NCBI GenBank assembly: GCA_043228905.1
Contig: JBHGNT010001358.1
Location: forward strand, 1 to 9,457
Direction of reading: 5' to 3'
Source of the DNA: Azolla caroliniana
Lineage: Eukaryota; Plantae; Polypodiophyta
DNA length: 9,457 nt
The notes beneath the pieces are model-generated. The model saw only the letters and a program-made list of their open reading frames with translations, was not told where the DNA came from and did no database searches. Positions 1 to 8,026 of this stretch are shown here, one piece after another (the stretch's first letter is position 1; each line of letters starts with the position of its first letter). Position numbers and translations under genes: made by a program.

Positions 1-215
1 CCTCCATTGCGGACTCCATCACCGTCTCTGTCGGTTTCGTCGTCGTCCGACACCGTCCGTCATCCTGGTGGCCTGTTTGCTTCCCTGACCTTGTCCGGCC
101 CTCCGGCCGCTCCGGCTGCTGTCGGTTGGTGATGACCGTTCCTGAAGCCTCTCTCATCTTCGTCGGCCCTGTCTGGCTGGTCTGCAGTCGCGTGGCCGGT
201 CTGTTCAGTCGTCAT
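1..215 (-). pseudogene. Possible disordered N-terminus of the first ORF (gag or extra ORF) of element C
   Basis: ATG at 215 gives MTTEQTGHATADQPDRADEDERG...PPG*RTVSDDDETDRDGDGVRNG. The frame stays open to the window edge past one TGA (60-62, possibly from CGA). No recognisable motif. Confidence 0.3.
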
Positions 216-848
216 CCGGTTGTCAGCCGTTGATATCTGACGGTTGTCTCTTCGTTCGTCGCTTTTCGGCGTCACTGTTGCTGTTTCGGCTCTGTCTACT
301 CTGACGGCCGCCCGGCCATTACGGCCGCTTCGGTGCCAACCAACTCTTGTTCTGGTTCCAACTTTTTCCGCATTGCTTCTCTGGAAACTGGAAACTGTGA
401 ACACGTCCCATTCCGGTACCGCACATCTTGCTGGCCCACGCTCCACACATTGCGTCTTCCTCCGCAGTCTCCTTGGAACACGCACACGTTGCTGCTAACC
501 GCACATTTGCACATTGTCATTTCCATTCTCGCACACTCATGTAACTCCATCCTTTTGCAACTTGTTTTGCAACTTCCACTCATGCATTGACACCGTTTTT
601 GTACATCTTGGCCAACATTTCTCGGACATTTAGGGCAAAAATAGACCACACAAAACATTCACATATAGAGATTAATTTGTTGTAGAATTGTGCAGCAGTC
701 AATCTTGTCAATCTTCCATTTCTGATTTCTTCCGCCTTTTGCTGCATATCGCCATCATTACCCGGACATCTCTTACATATCATCATCACTATGCCTCACA
801 TTGTCGCGTATCATTCTTCAACTCCGTCTCCAAAGGGGGGTCGCCTTA

Positions 849-858
849 GTGGTCGCCA
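849..858 (-). promoter_or_regulatory. Primer-binding site of element C (tRNA-Arg-like)
   Basis: The minus strand reads TGGCGACCAC, complementary to the ...GTGGTCGCCA 3' end I recall for plant tRNA-Arg isoacceptors. It lies 5 bp from the LTR terminus. Confidence 0.7.
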
Positions 859-863
859 AAAGG

Positions 864-1304
864 TGTTGTATGTTTTAGGGCTAGGGTTAAGGACGATGAT
901 AATCATGATAAAGATAGACATGGTGGTTATGATGATGATGGAGAGTATGGGATTGATGGCGAGAGAGATCATGTGCATTGAGAAGCATTGCGGGGTGGGG
1001 GGTGGTGCCTAGAATGGCTCCACCCCCCTCCCAAGGGGGTTCAACGTTAAGGGGAGGGAAGAGAGAGAGAGAGAGATGAAAAGAGAGATAGATAGAGAGA
1101 AATGATTCATTTTTCATTCATTCCCCATAAGGGGGTTAAATAGTACAAGAGGGGGTAGATACAAAGGGGTGTAAGCCCCCTAGAGCATTCATACTGGACA
1201 CTCACTCATACCTCCTCGTATCCATCCACATGCACACACGTGTGTATGTGTTCACATACATATCGACTCACAATTACATTTATGCCCCCTACACATACAC
1301 AACA
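864..1304 (-). repeat. Putative 5' LTR of element C (about 441 bp)
   Basis: Inverted termini TGTTGT (864-869) and ACAACA (1299-1304). Minus-strand TATA-like CTATTTAA (1136-1143) is followed by a CT-rich leader. An alternative outer end at TAACA 1311-1315 cannot be excluded. Confidence 0.7.
1061..1100. repeat. (GA)n/(GATA)n microsatellite within element C LTR
   Basis: (GA)8 at 1061-1076 followed by GAGAGATAGATAGAGAGA. Confidence 0.85.
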
Positions 1305-1330
1305 TTATGATAACATTCGACCCTCGCTCA

Positions 1331-1687
1331 TCACACTTGACTCTCCGTACATCTCGTACGAGGTAACAAGTCAGTGCACTCCCTTCGCGAGTGTTCGAAA
1401 CTGTCGCGCCACACACATCTATACGCTTCTTTTCCGTTCGGCCCGCATTGACCTAAGTTGGCCAGCGATACCGCTTCAAACTTCTTGGAGAGCTCTTCAA
1501 TTATAGATTCCTCCATCGCTTTCTTGTCGAAATTGTTGATCGGCTTGTTAGACTCAATCGTCACAGGTGCCTTCCTCCTCCACGATTGTGGATTCTCCAT
1601 ATCAATTTCCTCTTGCCATTGTTGACGCTTATCAAGACGGCTACAAGCCTTCTTCACTGCCGCCCCATCCACTACCAAGCCATTTGG
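1331..1687 (-). pseudogene. gag: Element A gag, C-terminal half with decayed CCHC zinc knuckle
   Basis: In frame with the 6970-7534 half after B is excised (...ETQP|NGLVVDGAAVKKACSRLDKR...). Knuckle CVWRDSFEHSRREC at 1376-1417 fits CX2CX4HX4C with the second Cys changed to Arg. Confidence 0.8.
1683..1687 (+). other. Target-site duplication TTTGG, left copy
   Basis: The 5 bp immediately before the 5' LTR are identical to 6970-6974. Confidence 0.95.
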
Positions 1688-1717
1688 TGTTAGGAAACAG
1701 GTCCCTCCGGATGGGAA

Positions 1718-1825
1718 GTGAGAAACCAGATGACAAGTACTCGACTACGGAAGACCCGGTGAGAACCGGATGACGGTTACCCGGTTACGGAAGACCCGGT
1801 GAGAACCGGATGAGGTGTGCCCGGC
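1718..1825 (+). repeat. About 40-bp tandem repeat (2.5-3 copies) in U3 of element B 5' LTR
   Basis: GTGAGAA(A)CCRGATGA recurs at 1718, 1759 and 1799. ACGGAAGACCCGGTGAGAACCGGATGA is exact at 1747 and 1787. Confidence 0.85.
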
Positions 1826-1944
1826 AAGGACCAGATGATGCAGGCCCGGTGAAGAGTGCTCAACGGATGAAGAGACATATTCATAAATATGTTTCTAAGA
1901 GTCCATCGGGGCTATATTTGCAAATAGCCGAAAAGTCATATTAG

Positions 1945-1951
1945 TATAAAT
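1945..1951 (+). promoter_or_regulatory. Probable TATA box of element B LTR
   Basis: TATAAAT lies downstream of the U3 repeats and is conserved in the 3' LTR at 6599-6605. Confidence 0.6.
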
Positions 1952-2318
1952 TTGACTTAGGGCAAACTTAGTGTAAGTTGTTGTCATTCTTGTTGGCGCA
2001 AGATTAGAGTGTGCAACTGTGTACAGAGAGAGTGAGAGAGAGGAAGAGGTCGTTGCCTCTGATTGTAACCGCCGCCTGTGGCGAAGATAGCAAGCTCGAG
2101 GTCGTGGCCTCGGTCCTTTCTTATTGTACATTCTGACATAGTGATAGTTTGCGGTCTGTGGGCTGCCATGGTTTTTCCCGAGTTTGGGTTTTCCACGTAA
2201 ACATCCTGTGTACTCTTCTCTCTATCGTGTTGTGTTTCATTCCCTGTTTTCTGTGTTTTATTCTAGGCTCGGTTGTGGCCAAGCGTTGTTGAAACGGAGC
2301 GTGTAGTTCCTGTCAAAG

Positions 2319-2330
2319 TGGTATCAGAGC
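2319..2330 (+). promoter_or_regulatory. Primer-binding site of element B (tRNA-iMet)
   Basis: TGGTATCAGAGC, the canonical complement of the plant initiator Met tRNA 3' end, 3 bp after the LTR. Confidence 0.95.
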
Positions 2331-2345
2331 GAAACGACATAGAAG

Positions 2346-5300
2346 ATGGACGAATCGTTGGGCGGCATGTTCAAGCTTACTGGTTCCAACTATTCAGTGT
2401 GGAATTCGAAGATGAGGGACATGCTCGTGGTTAAAGACCTTTGGTTGCCGGTCCAGTTCGGGGACAAGAGACCAGACAAAATTGACGCCACGATATGGGA
2501 GGTGATGCACATGAAGACAATGGCGTACATACGGTGCTTCATCGACATGAGCCTGTACAACAACTTCAATGAAGAGATCAAGGCTCATGAGCTCTGGGAG
2601 AAGATTAGCATTATGTTTCAAAACAAAAATGTTGTTAATCAGGTTTCGGTATTTCGGAAGCTAGTAAGACTCCGGTACCAAGATGGCTCCAGCATGGCGG
2701 AGCACATGAATGCCTTCCAGGGGCTGATCCACCAGGAAACATCATTGGAAGTACCTCTTGCCGATGAGGTACTAGCACTACTCCTGCTTGGTTCCCTCCC
2801 AGATAGCTGGGAGACGTTGGTTGTCACTTTGGGCAACACCGGACCAGAAGGGAAATGGTTATCCCTAGCAAGAGTGAAGTCGAGCTTGCTAGATGAGGAG
2901 GCGCGTCGGAAAGATAAGGATACGAGCTCCGACTCCAAAGCACTCCTTACCGAATCAGAACGTGGAAGACATAGAAACTGTAGTCCCCAGAACCGGGAAA
3001 AGTCGGGGACATGGTCAAAATCAAGGGGAAGGCCTACTGGCTTCTATTGCGGCAAGCCGGGACACTTCTAGAACAACTATCGGCATTTCCGGAAAGACAA
3101 GGAAACCGACGGTACCGATTCGAAGCGGACACCGGACCGGAACGGTAAAGACCGGAGGGGGCCGAACCGGAAGGGAATGATGGCAATCGCGGCAAGTGAA
3201 GACGAGTTGATGCTCATCACCGAGGAGAGTGAGATAAACCTTGCTGGCGATGAGATGACTTGGGTGGTCGACTCCGGAGCGTCGTTCCACCTTACCCCAA
3301 ACCGGAAATGCTTCTCATCCTACTCAGCCGGTGATCACGGCTGTGTCCGGATGGGGAATGAAGGTGCATGCCGAATTGTCGGCATAGGAGACGTGTGGTT
3401 GACAACACCAACCGGATGCAAGATGTTGTTGAAGGATGTCCGACACGTTCCGGAGGTTCGTCTGAACCTGATATCAGCCGGTCGGCTAGATGATGAAGGC
3501 TACACAGGTAGCATCCGAAACGGTGTTATGAAGTTCAGCAAAGGGAGCCTGATTGTGGCTTGGGCCCGGAAGGTCAACACGTTGTACCTGATGAATGCCC
3601 GGTTATGCCCGGAAGAAGTGAACGTAGCATCCGACACTGCCGGTGAGTTGTGGCACAGGAGACTATGCCACATGAGCGAGAAGGGGATGAAGAGGCTTGC
3701 AAAAGACAACCTCATTCCAGTGAAGAACATGCACTTGGAGAAGTGCACTGATTGTCTGGCCGGTAAACAAAACCGGACCTCCTTCCGATCAAGGCCACCG
3801 ATGAGACGTAATGCACCACTAGAGTTGGTGCATACTGATGTATGTCAAGTGCATACGAAGTCACATGCCGGATCGCAGTACTTCGTGAAGTTCATAGATG
3901 ACCACAGCCGGAGGCTGTGGGCCACACCGTTGAAGAGGAAGGATCAGGTGCTATTCGTCTTCAAAGAGCTCCACGCGAGAGTGGAAAGAGAAACCGGCCG
4001 GAAGCTGAAGGCGGTTCGAGCAGATAACGGAGGTGAATACCGGGGGCAGTTCGAGGAGTATTGTTGCTCGAAGGGAATCCGGCTCGAATTTACCGTGCCG
4101 AAGACGCCGGAACTAAACGGGTTGGCCGAGAGGATGAACCAGACCATAATGGAGAGGGTCCGGAGTATGCTGGCGCATGCAAAACTACCCAAGAAGTTTT
4201 GAGTTGAGGCACTGTCGACAACGACATATGTGATAAACAGATCACCCTCAGTACCCTTGGACGGAGACACGCCATAGTGAGTCTAGACCGGTAAGGAAGT
4301 GTCCTACCGGCATCTGAAGGTATTTGGGTGTCTCGCATACGTGCATGTAGTTAAGGACCGGAGAGGAAAGTTAGATCCAAAGACCCGGCCATGCATATTC
4401 CTCAGTTATGGCGACGATGAGTTCGGCTACCGAGTGTGGGACATGGTCGACAAGAAGGTATTCCGGAGTCGAGATATTATCTTCATGGAGGACAAGACGC
4501 TCGCCGACTGGGAGTCGGAGAAGAAGATAATGAACTCTGAGTCGACCGGTAAGGATTGATTCTACGATGAGCAGACCCAACCGGCAAGAGACCGGTTAGC
4601 ACTCGAGGAACCAGCCGGTTACGGTGAGGATACTGAACCGGCAGAAGAAGAAGTAGAGGAAGCTGAAACCGAAACCGGACTAGACCCCGAATCGAATTCA
4701 GATGAAGATCAAATAGAGGAGCCAGTTGCCGAAAGCCAAAGACGGAGATATCCTCTCAGAGAGAGAAGGGCCCCCCAAAGATTTCCCGATTCAGAGCATG
4801 TGTTGTTGACCAATGAGGGAGAGCCGGAAAGCTTCGAAGAAGCGAAGGATGACGCCCACAACCGCAAATGGTTAAGTGCCATGCAGGATGAGATGGATTC
4901 CCTGCATAAGAACCATACGTACGAATTGGTGGAGTTGCCGAAAGGAAAGCGGGCACTCCGAAACAAGTGGGTGTACAAGTTGAAACCGGGAGATGCCAGC
5001 AGAAGAAGGGCGTGGACTTCGATGAGATATTTGCCTTGGTAGTAAAGATGACCTCCATCCGGACGGTGTTGAGTATAGCGGCAAGCATGGACTCGAGGTA
5101 GAGCAGCTAGACGTGAAGACGGCATTCCTTCATGGCGACCTCGAAGAGGAGATCTACATGCAGCAACCGAAAGGATTCTTGGAGAAAAGGAAGGAGCGCC
5201 TGGTATGCCGGTTGAAGAAGAGTTTGTACGGACTAAAGCAGGCTCCCCGACAATGGTACAAGAAGTTCGATTCCTTCATGACCGATCAAGGGTACCACAA

Positions 5301-6345
5301 GATGCAGGCTGATCACTACGTGTTTGTGAAGAAGTTCGAAGGAGGCGACTTCCTAGTACTCCTTCTGTACGTGGACGACATGTTGATCGTCGGACGGAAC
5401 CAAGCCCGAATACGGATGTTGAAGAAGGCTCTCAACAGGACCTTCTCAATGAAAGACTTGGGTCCGGCACGACAGATGTTGGGGATGCACATCATCCGGG
5501 ACCGGTCAAAGAAGCAATTGTGGCTGTCACAAGAGAAATACGTGACAAAGGTGCTTCAGCGGTTCAACATGTCAGATGCGAAACCGGTCGGATCGACACT
5601 TCCGGCAAACTGCAGATTATCCGGTAAACAAAGCCCGAAGACGAAAGCAGAGAAAGCTGATATGATGAAGGTTCCATATGTCTCTACCATCGGGAGCTTG
5701 ATGTACGCAATGGTGTGTACCCGACCGGATATAGGCTACGCAGTCGGAGTGGTGAGCCGGTTTATGAGCAATCCCGGCAAGGAGCACTGGAACGCGGTCA
5801 AATGGATACTCCAGTACTTGAAGGGCACTTCAGATATGTGTCTCCGATTTGGTTCCGGCAAACCTCAACTTGACGGTTTTACCGATTCGGACATGTCAGC
5901 TGATGTGGATACCAGCCGGTCTACATCCGGGCATGTAATGACATATGCAAGGGGAGCTGTTTTGTGGCAGTCGAGGCTGTAGAAGATGGTTGCGTTGTCA
6001 ACCACGGAGGCGGAGTACATGGTGGTTGTGGAAGCCGGTAAGGAAATATTATGGATGAAGGACTTCATCGGAGAGCTCGGTATCAACCAAGATGAATACC
6101 GGCTCTATTGCGATAGTCAAAGTGCCATCCACCTTGCTAAGAATGCAGCCTACCATTCCCGGACAAAGCATATCCAGCGAAGGTATCACTGGATCCGGGA
6201 AAGAGTAGATGACCAGGAGTTCGCGCTGACGAAGATCCACACGGCCGAGAACGGGTCAGATATGCTTACCAAAGTACTGATACCCAACAAGTTGGATGCA
6301 TGCCGGAAGCGGATCGGACTAGTAAGACATCCCATGCCGGAGTGA
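2346..6345 (+). pseudogene. gag-pol: Copia gag-pol polyprotein pseudogene (gag, Zn knuckle, aspartic protease, integrase, reverse transcriptase, RNase H)
   Basis: Motifs: gag LLLGSLPDSWE; decayed knuckle GFYCGKPGHF*NNY (3039-3080); protease WVVDSGASFH; integrase WHRRLCH..CTDC, VHTDVC, RADNGGEY, NGLAERMN, GKLDPK; RT LDVKTAFLHG, LKKSLYGLKQAPRQW, LYVDDML; RNase H FTDSD, STTEAEY, CDSQSAI, HSRTKHI, SDMLTK. In-frame stops at 3069, 4200, 4275, 4278, 4284, 4557 and 5980. Frameshifting deletion at about 4996 and a 1-bp deletion at about 5093. Confidence 0.96.
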
Positions 6346-6353
6346 AGGGGGAG
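6344..6353 (+). promoter_or_regulatory. Polypurine tract of element B
   Basis: GAAGGGGGAG overlaps the pol stop codon and ends 2 bp before the 3' LTR. Confidence 0.92.
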
Positions 6354-6355
6354 TT

Positions 6356-6969
6356 TGTTAGGAAACAAGTCCCTCCGGATGGGAAGTGAGAAACCGGATG
6401 ACAAGTACCCGACTACGGAAGACCCGGTGAGAACCAGATGACGAAAGACCCGATGAGAACCAGATGAGGTGTGCCCAGCAAGCGCCGGATGATGCAAGCC
6501 CGGTGAAGAGTTCTCACCGGATGAAGAGACATATTCGTAAATATGTTTCTAAGAGTCCATCGGGGCTATATTTGTAAATAGCCGAAAAGTCATATTAGTA
6601 TAAATTTGACTTAGGGCAAACTTAGTGTAAGTTGTTGTCATTCTTGTTGGCGCAAGATTAGAGTGTGCAACTGTGTACAGAGAGAGTGAGAGAGAGGAAG
6701 AGGTCGTTGCCTCTGATTGTAACCGCCGCCTGTGGCGAAGATAGCAAGCTCGAGGTCGTGGCCTCGGTGCTTTCTTATTGTACATTCTGACATAGTGATA
6801 GTTTGTGGTCTGTGGGCTGTCGTGGTTTTTCCCGAGTTTGGGTTTTCCACGTAAACATCCTGTGTACTCTTCTCTCTATTGTGTTGTGTTTCATTCCCTG
6901 TTTTCTGTGTTTTATTCTAGGCTCGGTTGTGGCCGAGCGTTGTTTAAACGGAGCGTGTAGTTCTTGTCA
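6356..6969 (+). repeat. 3' LTR of element B (614 bp)
   Basis: Starts TGTTAGGAAAC 2 bp after the PPT and ends CTTGTCA. Hand alignment to the 5' LTR gives about 24 substitutions plus one 14-bp indel. Confidence 0.97.
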
Positions 6970-6974
6970 TTTGG
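6970..6974 (+). other. Target-site duplication TTTGG, right copy
   Basis: The 5 bp immediately after the 3' LTR are identical to 1683-1687. Confidence 0.95.
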
Positions 6975-7534
6975 TTGTGTTTCATCCTCCAAAAAGTTAC
7001 CCAATTCACACCGATCTTTCGCATCCACTGCCTTCAGGAATAGTAGGACTTTATCTCCATCGAGAACTCGTTGATCAACACTCGTAAGTCAGTTATACTT
7101 TTGGTCGAATTCGGCATATACTCCAAACGCCCACATATTCTTCCCTTTCTTCTCGATCCAAGACATTAGCGTATGTCGAGTCATCCACGATGCGTCTTCA
7201 AGCATGTATTTGGCGAGAAGCGCCATTTCGAACTCCGCCCAAGTTGCATGCTCGCTTTGGATCTCCATGGTGCGCTCGCGGATCCATGGTTCCACCACAC
7301 GTTTGAAGCTAGAAATTTGTTTGAGATCGTTGACATCCCTTTGTTGCATCTCGTTCCGATAGATAGCAAGAAAATCCGTGATGTTATGCCACCAAATCGT
7401 CCAGCTATCTCAACCGAACGATCAACTGCTTTGTCGATTAAAGCTTCTCAATCTCTCACCTTCAGCGTTTATTCCACTACGGACACCATACATTTCGTTA
7501 ATTCCTCTCCTTGAGTTCCGCTTGTTGAAGCCAT
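6970..7534 (-). pseudogene. gag: Element A gag, N-terminal half
   Basis: ATG 7534 MASTSGTQGEELTK..., stops at 7469-7471, 7448-7450 and 7089-7091, and a frameshift near 7386 (GRFGG/NITDFLAIYRNEM). The frame continues ...TWAEFEMALLAKY...DKVLLFLKAVDAKDRCELGNFLEDETQP to the TSD. Confidence 0.75.
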
Positions 7535-7565
7535 TGCTGCACTTGATATCCTCCCTACCGCCTCT

Positions 7566-7583
7566 TTCACGCCGAGTTCACCA
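7566..7583 (-). promoter_or_regulatory. Primer-binding site of element A (tRNA-Trp-like)
   Basis: The minus strand reads TGGTGAACTCGGCGTGAA. This matches 16/18 positions of the complement of the plant tRNA-Trp 3' end as I recall it (TGGTGAACCCGACGTGAA). It lies between the LTR end and the gag ATG. Confidence 0.8.
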
Positions 7584-7775
7584 CTTAATTATGTCGTGAA
7601 AATCCGTCACTATGTGCGGATCATGAGACGGAACCGCCGGGGTTCTGGACTAGAAGGATTTAGTGCAACACGTACAACACAAGCAAGCTTTAAGCATAAG
7701 ACAAGTGAGAGAGACAAATCATTAGTTTATTGCAAAGAAAATCGATTCTTTATAATTTCAAAATCGTGTTACAAT

Positions 7776-7930
7776 GCGTTGGGTATGGAAATGAGAGATT
7801 AATTTTTCAAAGAAAGGAGCCAACAACCATGCAAGGAGTGGTCCGATATGAATACGAGAGATAATTTTTGACCAGAAAGATCGAGTAAACAAAGCTAGGA
7901 GTTTGATATCAATATGTGAGATAATTTGTT
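7776..7930. repeat. Three degenerate ~60-63-bp repeats in element A LTR
   Basis: The anchor G(A/T)GAGAT(T)AATTT occurs at 7793, 7856 and 7916, each preceded by a similar GRTAT(G/C)..AT stretch. Confidence 0.5.
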
Positions 7931-8026
7931 TCTCGAATCCGAGAGGAAAGAAGAAAAAAGGGAAAAAATGGGACATATATTGAGCTCCTCGTTGATCCTC
8001 CTCCCCAATGTTACTTTGCATGCCCA

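Larger units (their letters stand above)
1..1304 (-). mobile_element. 5' end of another LTR retrotransposon (element C; tRNA-Arg-primed, probably Ty3/gypsy of Tat/Ogre type), running off the left edge
   Basis: On the minus strand an LTR-like block (1304 to 864) is followed after 5 bp by PBS TGGCGACCAC and then a long leader. No diagnostic protein domain is visible, so lineage rests on the PBS only. Confidence 0.65.
1688..2315 (+). repeat. 5' LTR of element B (628 bp)
   Basis: Starts TGTTAGGAAAC and ends CCTGTCA. It is a direct repeat of 6356-6969 and is followed by AAG and then the PBS. Confidence 0.97.
1688..6969 (+). mobile_element. Full-length Ty1/copia LTR retrotransposon (element B, Tto1/Tnt1 Tork-like), 5282 bp, inactivated
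   Basis: Two direct LTRs with TG...CA ends and a 5-bp TSD TTTGG on both sides. PBS TGGTATCAGAGC and PPT GAAGGGGGAG are present. Domain order gag-PR-INT-RT-RH is diagnostic of copia. The gag N-terminus (MFKLTGSNYSVWNSKMRDMLVVKDLWLPV) resembles Tto1-type gag; lineage is inferred. Confidence 0.97.

Noticed and set aside
831-870. AAAGGGGGG as the PPT of a plus-strand element whose 3' LTR starts at 864
   Set aside because: The tract ends 23 bp from the LTR edge. The minus-strand PBS at 5 bp and the TATA/CT-leader orientation favour a minus-strand 5' LTR.
873-889. Telomere-like TTTAGGG CTAGGG TTAA
   Set aside because: Only about two degenerate units inside an LTR end, too short to call an interstitial telomeric repeat.
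1895-2196. Duplicated small minus-strand ORFs (also at 6549-6850)
   Set aside because: They are duplicated only because they lie in the two LTRs. They have no coding motif.
3069-3071. Programmed stop-codon readthrough between gag and pol
   Set aside because: The TAG lies inside the zinc knuckle at a likely Gln (CAG) position, two knuckle cysteines are also mutated, and six other stops follow. This is decay.
2346-6345. Horizontal transfer of a Tto1-like copia into this host
   Set aside because: The resemblance and odd word usage are suggestive, but the host is unknown and no phylogeny can be run here.
6343-6356. env-like extra ORF (Sirevirus-type) after pol
   Set aside because: The pol stop overlaps the PPT and the LTR follows at once, so there is no room for one.
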